In this document: piece after piece, positions 26,001 to 39,434 of the stretch
How the letters are laid out: every line of letters begins with the position of its first letter
Numbering within the stretch: the stretch's first letter is position 1
From: Lytechinus pictus
Taxonomy: Eukaryota
Reading direction: 5' to 3'
NCBI RefSeq assembly: GCF_037042905.1
Contig: NC_087260.1
Coordinates: forward strand, 22,382,001-22,446,000
Length of the DNA: 64,000 nt
Position numbers and translations under genes: made by a program
Notes under the pieces: generated by a model
Database searches by the model: none
The model's input: the letters and a program-made list of their open reading frames with translations, nothing else
Told to the model about the DNA's origin: nothing

Positions 26001-29000
26001 TATGATATCTTTAACAATTCACCTTTGAAAATTTAAACAAGAGTGGGTGGAAAACTTAGAGATGAGGAATAACTTCCAAAATGAGATTTTATTTGTGCAA
26101 ACATCATGTTTAAAGAAAAGAAAGCAAGGCGAACTATCTTACATAGAAATGTCTTGAGCGATGAAACTTGTCAGCCATTTGTGAAAGATGTTCTTCAAAG
26201 TCCTCTCTATGAGATAAGAAAAAAAAAAGCCATGATGCATATAATCGCTAGGTGAACGTTTTGATTAGTTATCCGATTTAAGAAATCAATTTATGTATTA
26301 GGGAGAAAATCTGCTTTTTTTTTTAAAAGCCAAATTGCAACTTTTCAAATTCACCAATATGGCAAAAGCAAGTGGCACATGCGTCTACAAGGTAAACTGG
26401 CCATTGGTCTACAACTACTTTGTCTACTGTCCAGATGATCTAATAACAATTTGTCTACAACCAGTTTGCTTAATAAACTTTTGGTCTAAGGCCACTAATT
26501 CTATATTGTTAGATGTACTGTTTATGAATAATATATTAATTTGACAAAGTACAAAATAGTAAGCAAAGTGGAAATTAGAACATTGTGGTATTAGACTAAG
26601 TTGGTACTAGGTCGAGTGTAGTGTAGACAAAACAGCAATTTACTAAATGGGTTTGTGTACGTGACACTAGACTGTCTGAGACACTGGCGGATTCAGGGGG
26701 GGGGGCAAAGCCAGCCCATGCACCCCCCCCCCCTTTGAGAGGCACAATCAAAATTTGTAATGTCAAAATTCCATTAAAAAAGAAGTGTGCCCCCTTTTGA
26801 AAGTAAAGACCTTTTTTTGGTCAAACGTTTTCGTGGATGAAATCCTCTCAATTTTTGGTTAAAGGGGAATCCAACCCAAATAAAAAATTGTTTTTATAAG
26901 GAAAAGAAAAATCAGACAAGTTGATAGGTGAAAGTTTGAACAATATTGGAAAAACAACAAGAAAGTTATGAATTTTTAAAAGTTGTAAATATTGGTAATC
27001 ACTCTACCCATGGAGACTTCAAATTGGCCGCATATAGGATGTCATAGTGATGTAAGGCAAGGACTACTCTTCCATGTACTCCAATACATATTGTGACTAA
27101 AATGTCATTTTTCCCAAAAGTTTTATTTCAAATTATATTTTTCTTTCATGAGGACATAAAACAATATACTACCTGTGTTATATTTAGATTACTGCCCCAG
27201 GGGGATGGGTATTTAGGAGAAAACCACAAATCCCTGATAATAAAGTACATGGCCTATGGGAAAGTTGTCCTTGCCCCTTGTCATAATTTACTTACCCAGT
27301 TGCCAATTTGAAATCTACATAGTATTAGTGATCTCAATTTTAAAGCAGCTTTAACTTTCTTGTTGCTTGTCCGATTTCTTTCAAACTTTCACCATTCTGT
27401 TTAATTTATTTTTCTCCTTCCCAACACAACATTTTATGGCCAAGGCTGGATTCCCCTTTAAAGCCCCCCCCCCTTTTTTTTGCTTTGTCAATTTTTTCCT
27501 CAGGAAAATGCCCCCCCCTTTAAAGCGATCCTAGATCTGCCCCTGGTCTTCGCTTGTAGACCAAGTAAATATAAACCTTCTAAATTCACCAATATGAGAT
27601 ATCAAGCTATCTACCCCTGATGTGAAACTACTACTATGACCTCTGGCATAAATGAATGATGAATGCTCCTTAAAATTATAGTTGCTCTTTAAAAATTCTC
27701 CCTAGAATAAGATAAGGAGGAAGGTTTGAGGGAATGGAAGGTGGAGTGGGGGGGGGGGGGAGGGGTAGGGGATAGCAAGGAGGAGAGGGGAAATGGGATG
27801 GTAGAGTATTGAGGGGAATGTATAATTGGTAAACAGATCTCCAATAAAAAGTTTTCTACACCTTTTCATCTACACCCGATTTTGAAATACTACTACAAAC
27901 CCTGACAAGATCTAAAGAATGATTTTATGGGGAAGCTGTCATTGGTAGGCACTTGTCCAATTCTTGATTTTATGAATGGAATGCTTTATATCAACAAATA
28001 AGATGAACGGAGAAAATTGCTTGATATCAACAAATAGGATGAAAGGAGAAAATGGCCAGCCAAACGTACAGTATGTCAGCATATATGCTGGCTAAAATGT
28101 CTGGTTGCAACAGCCCCCTTATTAAGTTGGTTAAAGTTAGAGTAATTACATGTCTTTGGTGTGTTGTTCCTTGGTATCCTTTATTGCCTCTTCTATGTGC
28201 TGTACTTGAGCTTGAACCATAGTGTTTGAATTCAGCTGACTGTGCGTAAATTAATAGCATTTGATTAAAAATATACAAAATTTATGAAAAATATGCAAAG
28301 AAATCATATCAATGGCTGACAAGTAAATCCACTTTCCTATAGAATGATACATGAGGGTTTCATATCTGTAGACATTAAACAAAAATTAACTTATAGAGTA
28401 ATAGAAATTCACTTAACAGCAGATAATTATATAGTAATTGTAAAAATTATGAAAATTATGATAGTGATTTTGAATTGATATTAAATCTTTTTCCACATTC
28501 ATGGCAAAGTTATACAAACAGTAGTACAAAGTAAAATGTGCACAAAAAATATATTATATCAATAATATTATTGAAATATTTATGAATATAACAGTAAATA
28601 CAGTGGTAAAGATTTATGGTAATAATTATGACAGTGATTTTGAACTGAATTGAATAAAATTATTCCCACATTTATGAAAATAAACAAATATTTAGCAAAA
28701 TGATTTAAAAAAAATGGTGCAGCATGTAGAGCAACATACATTTTAAACTACATATTCCACAATATTGCACTGAATGAACAGATCACGTTAAATTCATTAG
28801 TCTTTTTTAACAAGTCTTGAACAATATTGATAGCAGTCCAGAATGCATTCATTAATCTTCTCTACTTACCCATCTAATTCAGTCTGAGATTGGAAAACTT
28901 TATGTTGTGCTATCTTCAAGGTCTCGCTTAACTTTGAGATTTTCTCTTCCAACTGGTTATGCTTTGCAGCAGCTTTATTAGTCATAAAGGAGAACAAGAA

Positions 29001-31607
29001 AAAATTAGATACTTCCAAAATAAATAAGATATCATTCTTTTCCCATTATACAAATATGAACTGTACAATATTGAATTAAAAAAAACTTGAACCTTGTGAG
29101 AATTTTTTTATTTTGTTTCTCATGATTACTTAATTTTATACACTTCATTTATTTCCCCATGGGTATTATGACTTTATGATCAATACTTCAAGATATACTT
29201 AAAATTTTATACACCAAATGACAGGCATGATCAAACAATTCCAATTAAGTGTCCTATGTTTGAAACTATATGATACATTCAATTAAACCCCTCACTTGTT
29301 TATGCATTATCATTTTAATCTATGTGTTGCTCCAGGAATGTTTTTGTGTATTAACTTAATTCACTACACAAACGATCATAGATCTAGTGGTATTTTTTTT
29401 CTTCAAATAAATAGTGACCTAAAGATATCCTTGATTTTGGCAGTGCTGATTTCCAGGCTTTAATATAAATTGAAATTATGAAGTAACACAAAAAATACTC
29501 ACAGCTCTCAAATTTTTTAGTCAAGGCTTTCCGTTTGCTCCTCACCTCCCGCAGTTTCTGTTCATTCCTTGCTTTCTCTGATCCAGAAAGAGAAAAAGAG
29601 CATTAATATCCATACAATCTAGTCACTCATGAAATTGATTACAATTTCATCATGGTGTGACCAATATCCCAGGCCATATGATAGTATAAATACTGTGCAA
29701 ACAGTATTTCAGGTGTAGGTATCTGCATGAATGATTCTATCAAAGAAGACTTGCAACCATAAAATTTCCATCCGCAGTATAGAAGACAGATATTCATTAA
29801 AAACTCAGAGTCAACCGGGGAAAAGTGTTTAATCTCGGGCATTTCTTGCAAAACCAAAGGGCACAATGCACCCCCTTTCATGGAAATCCATGAAGTGTGT
29901 GTATGAATGACTTCAAAGTTAGGACACTTTTTTCAGACTCTTATTTGACAGGCTGTAATTTTTTCTAAGGTGCATATTTGTTTGCTTTTATTTTAATTTT
30001 GAAACACTTATTCCTTTAGAATATAAGAACCAATAACAAATGCACTTGTGGAATATTAAAGAATTCATCTTTAATCTTCAGTTCATTAGTCAAGTTAGAA
30101 TTCTAGATCCATAACCATGAAAGACTGGCCCACATCCATCCCCTTCATTTACAGGTAGAGCCTAGAAGATCTAGTACAAACTCAAACTAAAACATTCACT
30201 TCAGTCTCTGTTTTGTAATTTCTAAATCTAACGTGAAAATGTTAACCAAAACTTAGGAATCAGCCTCAGTCATCTGATGTTACTAACTAGGGACTTTTTA
30301 GGGTTGTAACGTTTAATAGTACAAGAGTCAAAGTAACTTAGATCTAAATTCTAACTGTATTGAACGAGCAAACAGTTTAATTTCAGCCAATTTTAAATCA
30401 GGGCAAGGCCAAGGCCAGGGCCTCACTCTGTAAGTTACAGCTCACTCATCACTGCCCTCTGCCTGGCCTCAGGCTCAGCCTCTCAGGCTCAGTGCCCGGG
30501 GGGGGGGGGGTCACTCTCCACATGACCTGCTACGCACCCGCGTCCAGAAAAAATGTCGAAAAGGGTCCCGTTTCAGGCACTCGGGCGGCGTCAACGTCTT
30601 TGGCAAAAAGGGTTGCATTTCAGCACCATTCGCTTGTAAATTGCCAATAAGGGTAGCCTTTTCTTTCTCTCTTCACGCCGTTTAGGGTTGCTAATTTGGT
30701 TATGAAAATTACGTCATTTAGGGGTGCAAATTTGAGGAGACCCGGGAGCAGACATAAGCCATAAACACCATGAAAGGTGATTTTAAGGGATACAAAATAG
30801 ACCTCCCACATGCCGGCGCGGCCTGCGCAGCACTTATGTTATGAGAGCATGGACCTTATAGCTAGTCTCTTACACCTGGCTCTATCCTACTAGGCAGCAA
30901 GCGTTACCCACAACATTAATCAATAATTGATTTTTAGTTTACGCCACTTACATGTAGGGTATCAAATTATGGGATTTCCCTGTTCACGCCACTTAGGGTG
31001 GCTTTTCTCATGGGTTACGCCGTTTAGGGTTGCAAATTTAGTTAATGTACTGTAGTTACGCCGTTTAGGGTGCATTTCTGAGGTTGTCGGACACGGGGGT
31101 GGGTAGCAGTCCAGGCATTGTGGAGAGTGACCCCCCGGGGCTCAGTGTCACTGTCAAGTATCAGTGATTCAGTCAGCTCAATTAGGAATAGGAGTCGAGT
31201 CAAGCCTCATTTTTTCCATTCAATTCAGCTTCAACACATGTTTCCATCAAAGGTCTTTTTTCCTTATAATTTAACGTTACATATAGATCTAGATCTAATT
31301 ATCCACACGTTCAGCTCAAAATCAAATGCATGCAGTCACACTCACACGCACAGGTCATCAACACGAAGCTCAACCGATGGAAAAGCCGCCCGGCCCGCCG
31401 CCCGGAATGGGACAGGGAGACGAGTACGGTACCGTACCGCCTCGCTTCAGTAGTTCACAATCTAACGAAGATATCAAATTTAAACAATTAACCCACGAGA
31501 TACAGGATACTGGTATATATTTCTTAAAATAATATACATTCATTACCTTGTTGAAGTTCATTGATGCTTTTAGTAAGAACCTCCATATGAAATGCATTTC
31601 CAGCCAT
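23065..31607 (-). CDS. SYCE1: Synaptonemal complex central element protein 1-like coiled-coil protein, 240 aa
   Basis: Exons on the minus strand: 31607-31547, 29577-29503, 28972-28870, 28239-28150, 26206-26143, 24450-24384, 23903-23777, 23200-23065. All are GT-AG, phase-consistent and total 723 nt. The protein MAGNAFHMEVLTKSINELQQEKARNEQKLREVRSKRKAL...SETLKIAQ...EDFEEHLSQMADKFHRSRHFY aligns by eye with vertebrate SYCE1 as recalled (VEVLINRINEVQQ...QETLRIL...[20 protein letters not shown]). Confidence 0.8.
24479..25438. mobile_element. Helentron-associated (HINE/DINE-like) non-autonomous element with internal ~160-bp tandem repeats
   Basis: Subterminal IR GTCTCACCTGCAT (24503) and ATGCAGGTGAGAC (25421), a 3' hairpin gtctcac..gtgagac and a (GCC)n tract. 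About five units contain tgacctttgaccttg...gatgttcagt. It is inserted in an A-run with no TSD. Confidence 0.7.
26682..27545. mobile_element. MITE (cactggcggat..gggg / gatc.gcccctg family) interrupted by a nested insertion
   Basis: Same family as the uninterrupted copy at 33371-33656 (shared ctttgagaggcacaat and gaagtgtgcccccttttgaaagt). Confidence 0.7.
26863..27457. mobile_element. Kolobok-like non-autonomous element, TTAA TSD
   Basis: TTAA|AGGGGAATCCA ... TGGATTCCCCT|TTAA, nested in the MITE above. Confidence 0.8.
30495..31139. mobile_element. Non-autonomous DNA transposon with 8-bp TSD in SYCE1 intron 1
   Basis: TIRs CCCGGG(G)nTCACTCTCCACA and TGTGGAGAGTGACCCCCCGGG. TSD GCTCAGTG at 30487-30494 and 31140-31147. 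Internal ttacgccgtttagggt repeats. Confidence 0.9.
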
Positions 31608-31701
31608 TTCTTCCTCACTCTCTCGCTCACAGTTCTTCCACCGACCATTAGATATACCGTTGATATCGATCATAAATATCGTCCATATTTTTTATTCAAT
31701 A

Positions 31702-31831
31702 NNNNNNNNNNNNNNNNNNNNNNNNNNNNNNNNNNNNNNNNNNNNNNNNNNNNNNNNNNNNNNNNNNNNNNNNNNNNNNNNNNNNNNNNNNNNNNNNNNN
31801 NNNNNNNNNNNNNNNNNNNNNNNNNNNNNNN
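31702..31831. other. Assembly gap (130 N)
   Basis: Run of N. Confidence 1.
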
Positions 31832-32958
31832 CTGGCAAAGGAATACGAGACATTACAATGCAAGAAAATCAAAATACCCATCGACCGATGGCCAAGGTCA
31901 AGGATAGGCAAAACGACACTATGAAAATTGCTAAGTGCATTATAACCATAGAGATGTATACTAATTATTAGTATATATCTCTATGATTATAACTAACAAT
32001 GTGTTGAGGGGGCGGTGGCAGGGGACAACCGCCCCCAATGATTTTTTAAGTAGTCTAGTTAAATGAGGGTTGAGACAAAAGAGGAAAGATAAATGACATA
32101 AGAAAAAAAAAGAAAATTGAGTGGTCTGGGCATGTAACTCTTTAATATATCCGTATTGTATTAATATGACGTGCACATTAAGACGACCCTGCACTGGCGT
32201 CCCCCTATCAAAACATCCTAGTGGCGCCAGCACAGACCTACACTTCATGTAAATGTTGCAATCTAAATAATGTGTTGATTCCCATGACTATTCGAGAAAA
32301 GGGACACTTAATTCCCGAAAGGTCGGGTCCAGTTTACCCGATGTTTTACGAAAATTATAGCAAAATTATCGACTGGGTAAACTGGACACAGGCACTGGCG
32401 TTTCGGGGATTTAGGTAATATTATACAAATAATGCATGCAGCCGAGTGCGTTAGTGGAAATGCAGAGCACGCGAGGTTTCTTTAGATAGGAGTCGCACTG
32501 TGCACGAGCCGCTTGCGGCGAGTGCCCATGTGCTCCATCTGAAGAAACCGAGCTTTCTCTGCATTTACTTTTACGCACGACAGAGCAAGTGCATTATTTG
32601 TTTTATAAAATAGCAACACAGAAACAATTTTTTAAAAAGTTACAGTACAGATTTGTTGGACTTAACCGCACTGGTTTGCTCGAGCGTGCAATGTCAATTT
32701 TCGTTGCACACCTTTTGCACTACCGTGCAGTGCACAAAAAAAGTTGGATGTCATGTGACGCGTATTGACCAATCGCGATGCTTGAAATAATACAGCTATT
32801 TTATAAAACCCTTTTCTCGAATGGTCGGGTGTATACGCGATTGCCGGACCCGAGGCGATAATCGGATGTAATGGCACAAGCCCTTTAGTAAGGGGTTGAG
32901 GACATTTTCGGCAGTATAAAAAACACAGTTGGACCTTCTGAGAATCATTCCAACTGTA

Positions 32959-33195
32959 CACTCTTAAAATGTTGGGCAACAATAGGCCTACCGTCCACTG
33001 TGTTGGGTAATGTATGTTGGTAAAAAAATATATATATTCTGGGCAATTATTATCCAATTGAGCAAATTTATTACCCAATTATTATTTTTTGATACCCAAT
33101 TTGGGCAGATTTTAACCAACAGCTGTCGGTGTGGACAGTATGTTACCCAGGGTTGGTTAAAATTTGGGCATTTTTTGCCCAACTATTTTAGAGTG
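32959..33195. mobile_element. CACT-terminus (EnSpm/CACTA-like) MITE, TA flanks
   Basis: ta|CACTCTTAAAATGTTGGGCAA ... TTGCCCAACTATTTTAGAGTG|ta. Confidence 0.75.
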
Positions 33196-33370
33196 TATAT
33201 GAAAAGAAGTGAACAGCCACTCACTCACGAAACTCGAACACACCCTCGATCTCTCTCCTCCCCCTCTCTCCCCCTCCTGCGATCTTATGATCTAGCTCTC
33301 TGAGATCTCTTCTCCTTTCTCTCACTATGACTCCCCTGACTGTCCTCTTTCTATTATCTATCGTCAACCA

Positions 33371-33656
33371 CACTGGCGGATCCAGGGTAGGGGGGCAAAG
33401 CCGGCCCGTACCCCCCCCCCCTTTGAGAGGCACAATGGAAATTATTAATGTAAAAATGCCTTTAAAATAGAAGTGTGCCCCCTTTTGAAAGTGAAGACCT
33501 TTTTTTTGCTTGTCAAACTTTTACGTGGACGAAATGTCCTTAAATTTTGGTTACTCCCCCTTTTTTTGTTGGGGGGGGGGGGGGGGGGGGGACTTGTAAA
33601 AATTTCTCCTCGGAAAATGTGCCCCTCCCCATTTAGAAAATCCTGGATCCGCCCCA
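33371..33656. mobile_element. MITE (cactggcggatccagg / cctggatccgcc family)
   Basis: Terminal inverted repeat GGCGGATCCAGG / CCTGGATCCGCC. Homologous to 26682-27545. Confidence 0.75.
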
Positions 33657-33862
33657 GGTAAACCATCTCACCATATTCAATCAACTTTCTCGGTCCCTCT
33701 GGGTTCCATGCTTTCGAAATTCAGCATTAATTAAGAAAATGTATTTACACTGTCTTGTTTAAACAAAATATGCAACTAGAAACAATGTATACATTTTTTG
33801 TCAATAGTTTAATGATTCTTTGTTAGGTGGTTTTATAATTCTGTGTTTATTTAATGATCATT

Positions 33863-34230
33863 ATACCTCTGTAGAAGTTTCAAGGTTCACATTTTATATG
33901 ACCATTAATTCTGTAATTGTGTAAATGGATGACTTGAACATGGAACTTACACAGTTGTTTTATTTCCGTTGACCAAACAAGAGCCATGTGTCCTTAGAAC
34001 CGACAACCACGATTTACATGGTTTCTGTAATAACTGTGAATTTGGCGTAGAAGGGTATTCATAACAACTAGCATTGCACAATATTCTCCAATGCCATTGA
34101 TCATCTGAGTTTCCATTCCATGCTTTCGGAGTCAGCATTAATTTAGAAAATATAAAATAGGCTCCCATTCATTTGTCATACATCTGTAGCCTACTCAGTG
34201 GAGACAAAACCAACATAATTACGTCTGGAT
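33863..34230 (+). repeat. ~370-bp direct repeat, also at ~37870-38240, ~51399-51766, ~55400-55770 and diverged at ~63430-63730
   Basis: Shared tttcaaggttcacatttt...ggatgacttgaac...gtaataactgtgaatttggcgtagaaggg...aattacgtctgga. Confidence 0.85.
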
Positions 34231-35349
34231 GTCACTTGTTTTATTTTCTGCTATGATTCATCTTTGGTTATGATCAACAATTAAAAAAAGGCATGCCACC
34301 TCTCCTTCAAAAAGGGGGGGAGAAAAAAAGGAAGGGGCAATAGGGTGAAATAAATATAATTTTCTTTTTCAAATATTCTGCACATATTTTGTTGAGTAAA
34401 ATACTGCTCTTTTATCGAGAAATATTTTTACACAACCTGTGTTGTGTCACGTTTTACCCAACAACAACTATGTTCTCTTTTTACCCAACATAAATACAAC
34501 AAATTTTACATTCCCATTGTGTCAAATATTCTGCACATTGGTTGAGTAAAATACTGCACGTTTATTGGTCAATATTTTACACAATCTGCCCTGAGTAAAG
34601 TTTTACTCCAATGGCAACCATGTTCCCTTTTACGTAGGTAGGGTGAAATTTTACTCAATATTGAGTAATTATTTTGTAGAGTGTACTATTCGTGCCAAAT
34701 GTATTCAATTATTGTTTATTATATTTTCAAACATCGTTTCACAGAAATATATAACTGTCAAATCTACGATTTATATCATATTTTCTATCATGATATATCA
34801 CAACTGAACAAAAAAGTGTAATCTGAAATGTTTATGTTTAGAAGTAGCAAGCACAAGAAATGTTTTTTCAATTTTTTATTTTTAATTCGTCTAAAATATG
34901 AAATTTAGGGGGGACAAAAGGTCACCTAAATATTTTTCAGCTCCTGATGACAAAGCAATATGATGAAGGGGCGTGACATACTCATTTGTTTGATATAAAA
35001 TTTGTCATGATAGCAAAAATATTTTATAATATACAGTAAATTTTATGATGTTTGACAAGTGTCAACTTTTTTTTAATTTCCTGGGTGTATGTTAACTTCT
35101 AGCCTGAACTGTATATCACAATCGGTAATAGTAAAGTACCGTAGCAATAAAATCATAGATTTTGAAGGAACGTTGCCAAGGAGCAAGCAGTTCCAGCTTT
35201 TATAAATGGGGGGGGGGGGCGAAAATATTTTCATCCGCATTTCCATGTCACGGCCGCCGAAATCTGTTTTTTTTAAGGGTTAGTCCTAACTAAATTTTCA
35301 TTCTAAGAAACAAGATAAGGTATTTTGTGTGACGTGGATATAAGTTACC

Positions 35350-37625
35350 ATGCGAGTGCAAAGCGTGAGCAAAATTTTTTGGATATTTTATATATTTAGA
35401 CCTTAAAATTGAACATTGTGACCACTTTTGTTATCATAAACTAGAGGGGTATCTAACTAAACAATCCATGCATGTGAGCACAAATTGCGAGCTGAAATTT
35501 TTAATATACTGGTCAGCAAAAGATTAGTTGAAGACTGTTCGCAGTGAGCCGTGAAATAATAAAATTTTCACCTATCCAAAAATGAGAGCGCGAAGCGCTA
35601 GCTGAAAAATGTCATATTTTTACCTGAAAGCTCGATGAAGAGGATAGATACATTAACCAAACAATCGTTGCGAGCGCGAAGCGAGAGCTGAAAATTGTGA
35701 TTCCGACCAGAAAACTGGACATTCTTAGCACTTTTTGTAAGACTAATATGTATATAATTAGACAATCCATGCTAGCGCGAGCTAAAACTTTTAAATAAGT
35801 GTTCTGAAAAAGGACATGTTGATTAACTGTTTGCAGTGACTCATTGATAGAATACATTTCCTACTAATCAAATAGAGCAAGCGCAAAGCGCGAGCTGAAA
35901 AAAATATATATTTCGACGAGAAAATTTGACTGTAATCATGAAGAGGATGGATAACATAACCAAATAATTGATGCGAGCGCGAAGCGCGAGCTGAAAATTT
36001 TGATTTCCGACCAGAAAACTTGACATTCTAAGCACTTTTTGCATGAATGGTATGCGTGTATTACAATTCATGACTGTGATCGTTAACCGATACCCTTATA
36101 TATCTGTTCTGGAAAAGGACATATTAATTAACCGTTTGCAGTGACTCATTAATAGAATACATATCTCACTAATCAAATAGAGCGAGGAAAAACTATCAAT
36201 TTTGGATATTGTAAATTGAAAACTAAACATTTTACACGTTTTTACATTAATACAAACTTAGTTTCTGCATCTGTAATTGAACAAGCTGTGTATCTAAAAA
36301 AAAACATATAATGCAAGCGCGAAGCTCGAGCGGAAATTTTCAATATTCTGAGGGAGAATTTAAGCACTGTCCAACATGAAGGAAAAATGTGGAGAGGATA
36401 CATGGATCTAACTATGCGAGCGCGAAGCTTAGCTTTTAATGTAGATTTAGACCTAAATAACAAAACATTTGAAGCGATATAACCGTGATCAGGATGGATA
36501 TTTTAACCAAAAATATATTACTATATGATGCTAGCGCGAACCGTGAGCTGATTTTTCTTTTCGATAAAAAAAATTATGAAAATGGATTACTAAGCCAAAT
36601 AAAAGACATTAGATATCCAATGTAACAATGCGAGCTGATTTTTTTTGTATTAAGACCTGACAGACTTTAAAAAGGCAACACTCTTTTTGCACTTCTTGTA
36701 ATAATGAAAACGAAGGGTATCATGCTCAACAAATTTTGATATTGTGAAACATTTTTCAATAGGTCCAAAGAACAAACTTTGTATCTCAATAGATAATGTG
36801 AGCGCATAGCGCGAGCTGATATTCATACTGACCCTCTAGGGAACCTTTTAAGCGCTGTCCAAGACGTAAGAATATTGTGAAGATGATATGGATCTCACTA
36901 AATGAATGATGCGAAGTGCTAGCCGAAGTTTTTTGCGATTTAGAACTACTAAATTTTTTTTGCGATTTAGAACCGGGTCATTCTAATCACTGTCGGTAAA
37001 AGCGCGTGTGATTTTTTAGTCGATGTATATCATAAAATCGAGACATCTAATCACTGTCTGTAGATGAAGAAGCCCTTGGGAACAGCCATGGATGACCAAA
37101 CATTTACATTCTAATCACTGTCGGTACATGACGCAGTTAGAAAATTCCAGCGTGAACCGACAGTTTATCATTTTCTGACAGGCGTCGATCTCACTAAAAT
37201 AATGAATAATGCGAGCGCGAAGCGCGAGCTGAAAATTTTGGGTGATAGACCTAAAATCGGGACATTCTAATCACTGTCGGTAGATGAAGCCCTTGGAACA
37301 GCCCTTGGTGACCCGACATTTACATTCTAATCACTGTCGGTAAATGAGGCAGTTGGAAAATTCCAGCGTGACCCGACAGTTTATAATTTTTCTGACAGGT
37401 GTCGACCTCACTAAATGAATAATGCGAGCGCGAAGCGCGAGCTGAAATTTTTTGGCAATTTAGGCCTACAACCGGGCCATTTTAATCACTGTCGGTACAA
37501 AGCGTGTGTTCACTTTTTAGGCGATTAAGACCGAAAATCGGTAAATTCTAATCCCTGTCGGTAGATGAAGCCGTTGGAAGAGCCATAGGTGACCCGACAG
37601 TTTATCGTTTTCCGACAGGCTTCGA
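35350..37625. repeat. Degenerate satellite-like array built around GCGAGCGCGAAGCGCGAGCTGAAAA
   Basis: More than 15 variants of the motif at irregular ~60-190 bp spacing. Later units share ttctaatcactgtcggta. Duplicated at ~52880-55160. Confidence 0.8.
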
Positions 37626-39434
37626 TCCAACAGCCCCTGCTTTTCTTTTTCTTTGTCTTTTTCTCTTTCCTTCTTTCTCTTTCTTTTTTCTGTCTTTTTT
37701 CTCTCCTTTCTTTTTTCTTCCTTCTTTTTCCCTTCCTTCTTTTTTCCCTCTCTCCTTTTTTCATTTTTTTCCCGACGGGCGCGCAGATTTACCGACGATA
37801 TCCAGAGTAGTGGGGGGGGGGGGGTGTTGCACCCCACAACCCCCCCCCCCCTTTAGCGACGGTCCTGATTATATCTCTGTCGAAGTTTCAAGGTTCACAT
37901 TTTATATGACCATTATTTAACTGTGTAAATGGATGACTTGAACTTGGAACTTTTTTTTTACACAGTTATTTTATTTCCATTAACTAAACAAGAGCCATAT
38001 GTCCTTAGAACCGATAACCATGATTTACATGGTTTCTGTAATAACTGTGAATTTGGCGTAGAAGGGTATTCACAACAACTAGCATTGCACAATATTCTCC
38101 AATGCCATTGATCATCTGAGTTTCCATTCCATGCTTTCGGAGTCAGCATTAATTTAGAAAATATAAAATAGGCTCCCATTCATTTGTCATACATCTGTAG
38201 CCTACTCAGTGGAGACAAAACCAACATAATTACGTCTGGACGTCCCTCCCTGCCAACACAAGTAGTACATCTGTGCAAAACAAAAGGAGAGCACCAATAG
38301 ACATCTCTACTTTGATCGATGAACAGGCTTAGTCCTACATCATCGCTGGAGTAAAGTAAAGTATTAATTCTCATAAAGACCGTAAAACTAAGCTCTTAAT
38401 CAAGGCAGGATAATGTTTTTTTTTTCATTTAATCATAAAAACTTTCCAACCTATAACTCGATACATATAGTAATAGCATGTATCAAAGAAACGGATATAG
38501 CCTAAATCACTGTGAATGCATGAATATTCTTTGTTAGTTTCATAGAAAGCATGTAGGAATTGAAAAAGGCCTAAAACATGTTCTACAAAAAGAATGTTGC
38601 TTCAGTAATTATTTGATGTGACTCACACAATACATTTTGGGTTGCACCACCATTATTCTGATGGTATTTGAGTTTCAGTGAATCCCGTGTTCATTCCAGT
38701 TATAGTCGCTTCAATCATTAGAGTCACAATGTGTATTATCAATAGTAATTTCATTTCAGATGTGAATTAAAAGGTAAATCATTTGTCAGTCAACATTTTC
38801 TGATTTCATGCAGGCGTACTTTATTTGAAATTAAGAAACAAGGTCTGAATATATAAGCAGTACATTCAGATCTCCTCAAAAGCATTCACCATATTCAACA
38901 GTAATCATTTGGTCAGAATTAAACTTTATGAAGAATTTATCTTAATGCACACTTAAAAAACACTTTCATTCAATTATTATCTAGAACATGCCGCACGGAC
39001 ATATTGGAATCTTCTGACATTGAACTGAATTGAAGTATTCAATAAACCAGGACGAATATCCAGCTGATGGAACTGCACAAGGAGTAAATCAAGTCAACCA
39101 TCAGTACATCTGCAGACATCGATACACATGTCTGTAGGAAAGAAAGACTTCAATTTCATAGGCTACTGAGAAATAACTTATGAAGTGAATCCACTACCTG
39201 AACACATGATTAAGAAACAGTTTGGATCAAGTGACGTTTTTATCTTCATTTTGGAGTTTATCATTAGAACCCCAAACTGATAAACTCTTTTGTGTGTAAT
39301 CTATTGTAATCCAATTTTTTACACGTTATTTCAATCTATTTTAGGTAATCTATTTTCTAAAATATATTGGGTGATTTTTAATCAATACAATTTTTATCTT
39401 TAATCTGAACTGCTATACATTTACAAATGACACC

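Noticed and set aside
37517-37856. K/E/R-rich and F/S/L-rich ORFs (also 55051-55441 and 60350-60938)
   Set aside because: They are translations of polypyrimidine/polypurine low-complexity tracts.
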